In this document: in pieces, positions 1 through 8,063 of the stretch
Position numbering within the stretch: the first letter of the stretch is position 1
Layout: each line of letters starts with the position of its first letter
Assembly: GCA_963713825.1 (NCBI GenBank)
Contig: CAVQNG010000003.1
Span: 1,280,001 to 1,344,000 of the forward strand
From: an uncultured Acidobacteriota bacterium
GTDB lineage: Bacteria; Acidobacteriota; Thermoanaerobaculia; Multivoradales; JAHEKO01
DNA length: 64,000 nt
Direction of reading: 5' to 3'
Translations under genes and position numbers: made by a program
Notes under the pieces: model-generated
The model's input: the letters and a program-made list of their open reading frames with translations, nothing else
What the model was told of the DNA's origin: nothing
The model's database searches: none

Positions 1-91
1 CACCGGGCACGTCGCGCCTCAGTCGATCTACGAGGCCCTGATAGCCGCCCATGTTCGCCGGGCCCAGGAACGCTGCGAAGAATAGGCGCAT
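1..91 (-). CDS. thpR: RNA 2',3'-cyclic phosphodiesterase (2H family), N-terminal fragment running off the window edge
   Basis: Manual translation from ATG at 91 gives MRLFFAAFLGPANMGGYQGLVDRLRRDVPG. The MRLFFA start is typical of ThpR/LigT. It begins right after the queD stop. Only 30 codons are visible. Confidence 0.55.
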   Translation of the reverse strand, partial: MRLFFAAFLGPANMGGYQGLVDRLRRDVPG

Positions 92-92
92 C

Positions 93-455
93 TCAGGACT
101 GACGTTCCTCGTACTCGGCCCAGGTTCTCGGCGATTCGCTGACTCGCATTTGGACCAGGGTCGGGAAGACTGGCTTGAATCTCTCGTAGAGAAAGCGCGA
201 GATGTTCTCGGCGGTGGTGGCGTCTGGCAACACGTCGTTGAGGTTCCGGTGGTCCAGGTGCTGGTTGATGAAGTCCCTGATTGGCGCGAGCTCGTTGTAG
301 TCCACGACGAACCCCCGGTGGTCGAGCTCCTCGCTCTCGAGCACGGCCTCGACGACGTAGTTGTGGCCATGCAGTCGACTGCACGGGTGATCGTCGGGCA
401 GGAGGTCCAACTGGTGGGCCGCCGAAAAGTGGAACTGCTTGCTGATTCTGTACAC
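93..455 (-). CDS. queD: 6-carboxy-5,6,7,8-tetrahydropterin synthase (QueD/PTPS family)
   Basis: FSAAH, CSRLHGHNY (CxxxHGH), LDHRNLN and TAENIS motifs; 120 aa; GTG start. Confidence 0.9.
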   Translation of the reverse strand: MYRISKQFHFSAAHQLDLLPDDHPCSRLHGHNYVVEAVLESEELDHRGFVVDYNELAPIRDFINQHLDHRNLNDVLPDATTAENISRFLYERFKPVFPTLVQMRVSESPRTWAEYEERQS

Positions 456-466
456 GTGACCTCCGA

Positions 467-3139
467 CTAACTTTCCACCAACTCGAAGCGTCCCTGGAAG
501 AAGCGGAGCTTCTCGGGTTCGTAGACGAACCGCAGGCCGCGGATGTCGTCACGCCGCTCGTAGAGCCGGATGATGCCGTCGGCCACCGCCCGCATGTGAT
601 CGCGGGTGTAGACGCGCCGGGGGATTGTCAGGCGCACGAGCTCCAGGGGGGGGCGGTAATTTTCGCCCGTGTTGGGGTCGCGGCCCTTTGAGACGTTGCC
701 GCGCTCCATGGCCCGGACACCAGTCTCGACGTAGATCTCAGCGGCCAGGCGCTGCGATGGGTACTCGTCCTGGTCGATATGGGGCAGGAAGCGTTTGGCA
801 TCCAGAAAGATGGCGTGGCTGCCCGGGGGCGTGACGATGGGCACGCCGGCATCCAGGAGCATCTGACCGAGGGCTGCGGTCTGTAGCACTCTGGCTCGAA
901 TGTAACGGTCGTCGAGCATCTCCTCGACTCCCTGGGCGATGGCTGCCAGATCGCCAGCCGCCAGGCCGCCGTCGGTAATGTTGCCCTCGTAGACGCGCAG
1001 CAGATCCAGCGACTTCTTGGCCCACTCGGCGTTGTCCCGGTAGGCCAGGAGACCGCCGATGTTGATCAGGAAGTCCTTCTTGCCTGAGACCGTGCAGCCG
1101 TCCCCGTAGAGCAGCATCTCGCGGAGGATGTCGCGGACTTTGGTCTTTGCATAATGCGGATCTCGCTGTTGGATCATGTAGGCGTTCTCGGCCATCCGCG
1201 TGGCATCGAAGAAGACCGGAATGTGGTGGTTGGAGCAGTAGGCGTAGACCTCCCGCATGTTCTCCATCGAGACGGGCTGGCCGCCAGCCATGTTCACCGA
1301 GTGCTCGAAAGAGATGTAGGCGATCTTCTCGGCGCCGTGCTCGTCGACCAGGGCCTCCAGCTTGGCCATGTCGATGTTGCCTTTCCAGGGGAACTCGCTG
1401 CTGGGGTCATGGGCCTCGTCGACAATGACGTCGGCGAAAATTCCACCTGCCATCTCCTGGTGAAGCTTGGTCGTGGTGAAGTACATGTTCCCAGGCACCA
1501 GCTGTCCGGGTTCGATCATGACTTCGGAGAGGATCTGTTCGGCGGCGCGCCCCTGATGCGTCGGGATGATGTACTCGTAGCCAGTGGCTTCCCGAAGGAC
1601 CTCCACCAGGTGCAGGTAGTCATCAGAAGTTGTGGGTGTGGCGCGAGCCGCGTCGTAGGCGGCCCACTGGTCGGTGCTCATGGCCGAGGTGCCGGAGTCG
1701 GTGAGCAGATCGATGGTGACGTCCGCCGAGCGCAGAAGAAAGGTGTTGTAGCCCGCCTCTGCAATGGCCTTGCGGCGCTCTTCCAGGCTGAGCGTGGCGA
1801 TGCGCTCTATGGTGTGGATGACGAAGGGATAGGTCTCGAACTCGAAGGGCTCGAGGTCGGAGTAGACCCAGCGATACTGCATCTCGTCCCTCCAGGTTCC
1901 TTCTTGGAGCAGCTCGAGGGGAGGCACGCTGTCCCGTTGCTTGTAGAGACTGATGATGGCATCGGCCACCTGCTCGAGCTGACGAGTCGTCATGGCGAGC
2001 CGTGGAATCTGGACGGGAACCTGATTGTCGCGGCCGACGAGACCGTGGGCCAGGGCGCGAACCCCGGACATTTCGTAGAGGGCGGCAGAGAAAGCATCCT
2101 GCTGGAAAGTCTCCAGATGCGGCAAGAACTCGTCAGCCAGGATGTAGGCGCCGTCGCAGCCCCTCTCCACCGGCACTGCGGCTTCGCGCAGGCGGTTGTT
2201 GAAGTGCTCGGTCTGCTGCATGACCCACTGCACCTCTTCCTCCAAGCACATCTCCTCGAGGCCGCGGGCAAAGACCTCCATGGTCCTTCCCGCCATGCCG
2301 CCGTAGGTGTGGAGGCCCTCGTAGACCACCACTTCGTTCATGAAGTGTTCATGGTCTTCGGGGTTATCCGTGGCCAGCAGGCCACCGGTGGCGCACTTGG
2401 GGTCCTGGGCTCCGTCGATCTGGAAGATGTGGGCGGTTTTGGCGATCTCCTTGACCAGGGCAGCGATGCTGCGAGCCGCCATCCCCTCTTCGTGCCGCTG
2501 GAGGTACCAGGCATTCTCGATGACACGGGAACCGTCGAGCACCAGGCGCTTGCCGTAACGGTCGGCCAGCGCCCGGACGGCGCGCAGGTTCTCCAAGCTG
2601 AAGGGGTGCTGTCCGTCACCGAAGGCTTGCAGGCCCACGATGGCGACCTGGCCCCCTTTCAGGATCTCCTCGAGCCGTTCGAGGTCCACATTGCCGGTGA
2701 AGACCTCGGCCTTGTGATCCCGGATATCGGGGACCTCCACATCGCGAGGGGTCAGGACGTCGATGCGGGTACGGGCATTGGAAGGCAGCTGTGAACCAGC
2801 CGGCACCATGGTGGAGGTGACCAGCTTGACGCATCCCAGTACGTTGTGGGTCGGGCAGATGTAGGTGTGTCCCAGGACCTCGTGCACGGCCTTTTCCAGG
2901 CGCTCGAAGTTCCGAGCTCCGGCGTAGGCCTCGTCGCCGATGAGCTGACCCGATAGCTGCTCCTGGGTCATGGCACTCGTGCCGAGTGAGCACATGTCGA
3001 AGGCAACCTGGGAGGGAGTCAGGTTGAAGACGTTGAAGTGGGCCTCCGCCAGGTATTTCTTGCGTTCCTCGAGAGTGGGGAAGGAGATCGGTCGGATCGT
3101 CTTGATCTTGTGCGGCTCGTGCGCGAGCATTCGGGTCAT
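467..3139 (-). CDS. tpl: Tandem-duplicated tyrosine phenol-lyase-like beta-eliminating lyase (two fused PLP fold-type I domains)
   Basis: C-half has DLLTDSGT, PTHQGR, GNMYFTTT, VNMAGGQPVS, SGKKD, ERG..S.GR, RLTIPRRVYT and LRFF. N-half has GDEAYAG and VVYEGLHTYGGMAGR. RBS GGAGGAG upstream. Confidence 0.88.
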   Translation of the reverse strand: MTRMLAHEPHKIKTIRPISFPTLEERKKYLAEAHFNVFNLTPSQVAFDMCSLGTSAMTQEQLSGQLIGDEAYAGARNFERLEKAVHEVLGHTYICPTHNVLGCVKLVTSTMVPAGSQLPSNARTRIDVLTPRDVEVPDIRDHKAEVFTGNVDLERLEEILKGGQVAIVGLQAFGDGQHPFSLENLRAVRALADRYGKRLVLDGSRVIENAWYLQRHEEGMAARSIAALVKEIAKTAHIFQIDGAQDPKCATGGLLATDNPEDHEHFMNEVVVYEGLHTYGGMAGRTMEVFARGLEEMCLEEEVQWVMQQTEHFNNRLREAAVPVERGCDGAYILADEFLPHLETFQQDAFSAALYEMSGVRALAHGLVGRDNQVPVQIPRLAMTTRQLEQVADAIISLYKQRDSVPPLELLQEGTWRDEMQYRWVYSDLEPFEFETYPFVIHTIERIATLSLEERRKAIAEAGYNTFLLRSADVTIDLLTDSGTSAMSTDQWAAYDAARATPTTSDDYLHLVEVLREATGYEYIIPTHQGRAAEQILSEVMIEPGQLVPGNMYFTTTKLHQEMAGGIFADVIVDEAHDPSSEFPWKGNIDMAKLEALVDEHGAEKIAYISFEHSVNMAGGQPVSMENMREVYAYCSNHHIPVFFDATRMAENAYMIQQRDPHYAKTKVRDILREMLLYGDGCTVSGKKDFLINIGGLLAYRDNAEWAKKSLDLLRVYEGNITDGGLAAGDLAAIAQGVEEMLDDRYIRARVLQTAALGQMLLDAGVPIVTPPGSHAIFLDAKRFLPHIDQDEYPSQRLAAEIYVETGVRAMERGNVSKGRDPNTGENYRPPLELVRLTIPRRVYTRDHMRAVADGIIRLYERRDDIRGLRFVYEPEKLRFFQGRFELVES

Positions 3140-3383
3140 GAGATTCTCCTCCTGTGACGGTCACGGGGCGAGGCTGTTGCCCGGAGAAAGTGACAATCGT
3201 TGCTGAAATGAAAGGCGGCCCAGAATCCGGCCGCGTGGGTGCTTCTGTTGCCCAACGGGAGCAGATTCCCGCCGGGACCACTTTAGCATGCAGGGGCAGT
3301 GAGAGAGAGGGAGAATCGCGCCCTCGAATCGGAGCAGCAAGTTGTGGCAACGACGGCGGGCGAGTGTCGTATTCTCACGAACG

Positions 3384-4724
3384 ATGAGTCAGAGAAACAA
3401 GGCCCTGCAGATCTTCGAGGCTGCCCTTGCAGCGGTGGATTCTGGTGAGTCTGTTCGGAGGGTTCTGAGTCGCGAGAGTGGCAAATTGACGTTGCAGCAG
3501 GCCGGAACCGAGCTTCGCTTCGATCTCGGTGGAATCGACCGCCTCTGCGTCGTCGGTTGTGGAAAAGCCGGTGCACCCATGGCTCGTGCCGTGGAGGAGC
3601 TGGTTGGTGACCGCATCTCGTCAGGGCTCGTGGTCGTCAAATACGGCCACACCCTGCCTGAAGAGACAAAGCTGGCGCACATTCGGATCGCCGAGGCAGG
3701 GCACCCGGAGCCTGATGCCGCGGGAATGACCCAGGCGAATGAGGTGGTGGAGATTCTGAAAGGAGCATCCGAGAAAGATCTGGTCGTGGCGCTGATGTCG
3801 GGTGGTGGCTCCTCACTTTGGCCCTTACCCGCCTCGCCCATCACCCTGAAGGAGAAAGTCGAGCTCACGCGGCAGTTGCTGGCCTCCGGGGCCAACATCC
3901 ACGAGATCAACGCGGTGCGAAAGCACGTTTCCCAAATCAAGGCGGGTTTGGCGGCCCGAGCGGCCCATCCGGCTCAGGTGCTGGTCCTCTCTATCTCGGA
4001 TGTCATTGGTGACCGACTGGATTCCATCGCTTCTGGTCCCTTCGCGCCGGACACCACCACCTTCGGCGAGGTCCTGGAGATTCTCGAACGCTATGGGCTC
4101 GGCACCGAGGTCCCCGTTTCCATCCAATACCACCTTTGGAATGGAATGGCGGGAAAGATCCCCGAGACTCCGAAGCCGGGAGACGCCGTCTTCGAAGGGG
4201 TTACGCATTGCATTTGCGCCTCGAACGCTCAGGCGCTCGAGGCGGCGAGAGCCGGGGCAGAGTCCATGGGCTACCAGGTGGAGGTCATCGAGCGGCCGAT
4301 CGATGGAGACGTGGAAGCTGCGTCCAAGGTCTTTTGTGAACGGCTGGGGCAGATTGCCGAACGAAGCTCGGAGCTGCCGGTCTGCTTGATCGGTGGGGGT
4401 GAACCGACCGTGATCCTGGGGAGCTCTCCAGGCCGGGGCGGGCGCAATCAGCAGTTTGCTCTGGCGAGCGCCTTCGAGATTCAAGGGAAGGAGGACTTCA
4501 CAATCCTGAGTTGTGGGACCGACGGCACGGATGGGCCGACGGACGCGGCTGGTGCAGTGGTCGATGGTGGCACCATCAGCCGCTGTCAGAGCCTGGGCTT
4601 GGACCCACGCGAAGCGCTCTCGAATCATGATGCCTATCCGCTACTTGATCGGTCTGGATACCTGGTCAAGACCGGGCCGACCAACGCCAATGTCATGGAC
4701 ATCATGCTCGGCATCGTGGCGTGA
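3384..4724 (+). CDS. Glycerate 2-kinase (MOFRL/TtuD family)
   Basis: GCGKAG, EAGHPEPD, SGGGSSL, SDVIGD, GGEPTV, GRGGRNQ, GTDGTDGPTDAAG and TGPTNANVMD motifs. ATG 3384 chosen as start. Confidence 0.92.
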   Translation: MSQRNKALQIFEAALAAVDSGESVRRVLSRESGKLTLQQAGTELRFDLGGIDRLCVVGCGKAGAPMARAVEELVGDRISSGLVVVKYGHTLPEETKLAHIRIAEAGHPEPDAAGMTQANEVVEILKGASEKDLVVALMSGGGSSLWPLPASPITLKEKVELTRQLLASGANIHEINAVRKHVSQIKAGLAARAAHPAQVLVLSISDVIGDRLDSIASGPFAPDTTTFGEVLEILERYGLGTEVPVSIQYHLWNGMAGKIPETPKPGDAVFEGVTHCICASNAQALEAARAGAESMGYQVEVIERPIDGDVEAASKVFCERLGQIAERSSELPVCLIGGGEPTVILGSSPGRGGRNQQFALASAFEIQGKEDFTILSCGTDGTDGPTDAAGAVVDGGTISRCQSLGLDPREALSNHDAYPLLDRSGYLVKTGPTNANVMDIMLGIVA

Positions 4725-4784
4725 CCTTTGTGGCTATACTGCCTAGGAAGCTGTGTAGCTATCCTCTTGGAGGCAAAGACCGAC

Positions 4785-5339
4785 ATGAGCAGCAAGCCGA
4801 GTCGATATAGCCGCGATGAGTTTCTGGCCCGCTCCCTGGACGTGCTGTCGCAGGACGGAGAGTCGAAGCTCCGTATCGATCGTCTGGTCGATCAGTTGGG
4901 TGTTACCAAGGGTAGCTTCTACTGGCACTTCGAGAACAGGGCCGATTTCGTGCGGAGCCTGGCCGACTACTGGGCGCGATCTTCGACCCAGGCGGTTATT
5001 GACGACTTGGAGACCATGGCTGGCAGTCCTGAAGATCGACTCTTCAGTCTCATGAAGCGGCTTGGTCGCCAGGATCTCGCGGGCCACGACCTTGCCATGC
5101 GGGCCTGGGCGTCTCATGAGCCGGAAGTGGCACCGTTCGTCAAGAAAGTCGATCGATTGCGACTGACCTTTGTGAGAGGTCTCTTCAAGGTGATGGGGTT
5201 CGAGGGCGACGAGCTCGAGACCAGGACCCGGATCTTCGTCACGGCCATCAGCCTAGAGCGTGGGATTCTCGTGAGAGAGGCCAAACCGAAGCGTCTGGAG
5301 TCCCTGCGACAGTGGCACGCTTTCTTCGTACGACCCTGA
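4785..5339 (+). CDS. TetR/AcrR family transcriptional regulator
   Basis: N-terminal HTH LRIDRLVDQLGVTKGSFYWHF; GGAGG RBS upstream of ATG 4785. Confidence 0.9.
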   Translation: MSSKPSRYSRDEFLARSLDVLSQDGESKLRIDRLVDQLGVTKGSFYWHFENRADFVRSLADYWARSSTQAVIDDLETMAGSPEDRLFSLMKRLGRQDLAGHDLAMRAWASHEPEVAPFVKKVDRLRLTFVRGLFKVMGFEGDELETRTRIFVTAISLERGILVREAKPKRLESLRQWHAFFVRP

Positions 5340-5446
5340 CGACAGCCATCGGTGACAGGTGGAATCGAGGCCGCTGAGAGCACCCAGTGAAAGGTATAGT
5401 GAGACCTTCCATTGGCGAGGACTGTTTCTCGGGACTGGAGAACATC

Positions 5447-6802
5447 ATGCGAGTCGATTCGATCCGACCCATCGTTGTCGTGTTGCTGGTGGTGCTCTGC
5501 TTGGCACTGGGCGGAGCCCCCTCTACTGGCGCAGAGACCTTGGCGTTGGTGGGAGGAACAGTCATCGACACCGGCGACTGGGGACGTTCAGGGGCGGATA
5601 TCGACGAAGCAGTCGTGATTGTCGAGGGCGGTGAGATCGTAGCGGTTGGCCCGCGTGATGCGGTTGCCGTTCCAGCCGGAGCACGGGTGGTGAATGCTGC
5701 CGGCAAGTACATCGTGCCTGGGCTCGTGGACGGCTTCGCGGCGATCAATAACCAGGCCTACGCCAATGCCTATCTGGCCAGCGGAGTGACGTCCATCATC
5801 TCGGTGGACGGAGGCCGACGCGGCGGCCTCTTTCTCGATGCAGAGCCCGGCCCGGCAGTTCACCGGCTCGACTCCGTGGGGTCTGAGGGGGCGACACTGG
5901 AAGAGCACCTCGCAGAGACGGATCGCCTGGCTGAAGTTGGAGTCGAGATCCTGCTGCTGATGTACAAGCTACCACCGGACCAGTTACAGGCACTGGCCGA
6001 GCGGGCGCGCTCGCACGGCATGGGCACGATCGGTGAGTTGGGGCTCTCTTCCTACCGGCAAGGCATCGACGCGGGTTTGAATGCCTTTGTCCACACGACC
6101 CGATACTCGCTCGACATGGCTCCTGAGGAGATGGCGCAGGCCGTGGTCGAACAGCCGTTCAGCGACGATCTCGATAGCCCGAAATGGACCTACTACAAGT
6201 GGCTGAGTGGGCTGTCGCCCTTCGACGAGCGGCTCGAGAATCATGCCAGGGTGTTGGCCTCGGGCTCGATCGCGCTGATGCCGACGCTTGCCCTGCTCTA
6301 TTTGGACCAGCCGTGGGCCGAGAATCCGTGGGATGAGCCGGTGGCTGACCTGCTGGATCCCGAGGACATCAACCGACCTGCGAATCGGGAGACAGGGCGA
6401 CACGAGGGGAGTGTGGCGCACCAGGTAGCCTACGCCGCCATGGCTCGTAGCGAGCTGATGCTGGAAGAGGCCTACCGCCAGGCCGGAGCGAACTATCTGG
6501 CGGGCAGTGGTACCGACGTATGGGGAACCATGCCGGGGATCTCTCTGCACCAGGAACTGGAGGGCTTGAGCCGGATCGGTATGAGTCCGCGGGAAGCTCT
6601 GGCGGCGGCGACCTCGAACTTCTCGAGGATCTTTCCCAACTGGGGGGCAGCTGGCGAGGTCCGCGAGGGTCAGCGGGCAGATCTTCTGGTCTTGAGCGAG
6701 GATCCTCGTGAAGGGGTCGAGAATCTGCGTTCCATCGAGACGTTGATACTGGCTGGGGAGATCATCGATCTGACAGAGCTGCTATCGGCACGAGGCCGCT
6801 GA
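5447..6802 (+). CDS. Secreted amidohydrolase-family protein with degenerate first metal motif
   Basis: Signal peptide; GKYIVPGLVD, GSGTD, AAATSN and G.VREGQRADLLVL motifs. The usual HxH after PGLVD is replaced by GFA. Confidence 0.8.
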   Translation: MRVDSIRPIVVVLLVVLCLALGGAPSTGAETLALVGGTVIDTGDWGRSGADIDEAVVIVEGGEIVAVGPRDAVAVPAGARVVNAAGKYIVPGLVDGFAAINNQAYANAYLASGVTSIISVDGGRRGGLFLDAEPGPAVHRLDSVGSEGATLEEHLAETDRLAEVGVEILLLMYKLPPDQLQALAERARSHGMGTIGELGLSSYRQGIDAGLNAFVHTTRYSLDMAPEEMAQAVVEQPFSDDLDSPKWTYYKWLSGLSPFDERLENHARVLASGSIALMPTLALLYLDQPWAENPWDEPVADLLDPEDINRPANRETGRHEGSVAHQVAYAAMARSELMLEEAYRQAGANYLAGSGTDVWGTMPGISLHQELEGLSRIGMSPREALAAATSNFSRIFPNWGAAGEVREGQRADLLVLSEDPREGVENLRSIETLILAGEIIDLTELLSARGR

Positions 6803-6806
6803 CAAA

Positions 6807-6839
6807 CCCCTGGCACCGAGAAAAGCCCCTGGCACCGAG
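6807..6839. repeat. Short tandem direct repeat CCCCTGGCACCGAG x2
   Basis: Identical 14-mers at 6807-6820 and 6826-6839 in the intergenic space. Confidence 0.8.
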
Positions 6840-6887
6840 GAAGAGAAGGCCCCGAGTGTAGGGTTGAAAGCCGACGACGGAGGAGTC

Positions 6888-8048
6888 ATGAATGAGATCG
6901 ACCGGAGGAACTTCCTGATGATGAGCTCTGCAGGAGCGGCAGCGCTCGGTTTGGGCGGTGGCACGGCGGGTGCGGAGGAACCCGATGGTGGACCTTCGCC
7001 CGTGGTGCGAATGCACGGCGACGGCCTTGGCTTGACCCCCGGAGAGTACGCGGCATGTCTCGGGCAGCTAGCTGCCGAGGGCAAGGTCGAGCCCGATTAC
7101 TACTCGCGAGGGGGGTGCGTCGAGACTCTGGAACGCCGAATGGCGGAGCTGTTGGGCAAGGAACGGGCCGTCTTCTTTCCGACCGGAACGCTTGCCAATC
7201 AACTCGCGGTCAGGGTGTTGGCCGGAGAGGAGGGCAGGGTTCTCTTGCAGGAGGAGAGCCACCTCTACAACGACTCTGGGGACTGTTGTCAGCGATTGAG
7301 CAATCTACCCGTGATCGGATTGGGGCCAGGTGAGGCGTCGTTTTCGCTGCAGCAAGTCAAGGCCGAGGTGGCGAGGGCCGCCAGCGGCAGAGTTAGCACC
7401 CCAATCCGCGTCATCAGCATCGAGTCGCCCGTCCGCCGGCTCTGGCAGGAGGTCTTCGACTACGAGGAAATGAAGGGCATTTCGGCCTTTGCGCGTGAGG
7501 AAGGCATCGGCATGCACCTCGATGGTGCCAGGCTCTTTCTGGCGCCGCCCTACACTGGGGTGGGCGTCAAGGAGTATGCGGCGCTCTTCGACACCGTCTA
7601 CATTTCACTTTGGAAGTACTTCAACGCGGGGTCTGGCGCGATTCTGGCGGGCCCGGATGCTCTGCTGAAAGAGATGTTCCATACGCGCCGCATGTACGGT
7701 GGCAGCCTGCCCTATGGCTGGGCCTTCGCAGCGGTGGCAGGCCACTACCTCGAGGGCTTCTCGGACCGATTCCAGGAGGCGGTCAATGGGTCGGAGGAGG
7801 TCCTCCGGCGCCTGGAACAGCAATCGGGCTTCGAGATCGAGCGCGTCCCCAACGGCACCAACACTTCCCGCCTAAAAGTGGCTGGCACCAATGCGCAGGA
7901 ATTTCGGCGGCGGCTGGCTGAGAGGAACATCGACCTCCCCAAGCCACTGGAAGAGGGCGCGGAATTCAAGATCCAGGTCAACGAGACCTGGCGCTTCATG
8001 GCGCCAGAACTGTTGTTCGAGGCGCTGGTCGAGGCCAGGTCCGGCTAG
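6888..8048 (+). CDS. Low-specificity L-threonine aldolase-family PLP enzyme with Tat signal peptide
   Basis: DRRNFL twin-arginine leader ending AGA; FFPTGTLAN, HLDGAR and SLWKYF (PLP Lys) motifs. GGAG RBS before ATG 6888. Confidence 0.85.
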   Translation: MNEIDRRNFLMMSSAGAAALGLGGGTAGAEEPDGGPSPVVRMHGDGLGLTPGEYAACLGQLAAEGKVEPDYYSRGGCVETLERRMAELLGKERAVFFPTGTLANQLAVRVLAGEEGRVLLQEESHLYNDSGDCCQRLSNLPVIGLGPGEASFSLQQVKAEVARAASGRVSTPIRVISIESPVRRLWQEVFDYEEMKGISAFAREEGIGMHLDGARLFLAPPYTGVGVKEYAALFDTVYISLWKYFNAGSGAILAGPDALLKEMFHTRRMYGGSLPYGWAFAAVAGHYLEGFSDRFQEAVNGSEEVLRRLEQQSGFEIERVPNGTNTSRLKVAGTNAQEFRRRLAERNIDLPKPLEEGAEFKIQVNETWRFMAPELLFEALVEARSG

Positions 8049-8063
8049 GAGGCCGAGCGGTCG

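Noticed and set aside
1154-2794. Long antisense and alternative-frame ORFs (e.g. 1154-2794 +, 24292-25524 -, 32093-33325 -, 43012-44112 -)
   Set aside because: They are shadows of well-supported genes in high-GC DNA and carry no recognisable motifs.
3140-3383. Riboswitch, attenuator or CRP/TyrR site upstream of the lyase
   Set aside because: Only a short GTGAC-G-GTCAC palindrome with the wrong spacing for CRP; no recognisable aptamer, TyrR box or leader peptide.
7874-7889. AAAGTGGCTGGCACC matching the reverse complement of the transposase left flank
   Set aside because: It lies inside the aldolase CDS (KVAGT) with no sign of insertion; treated as chance.
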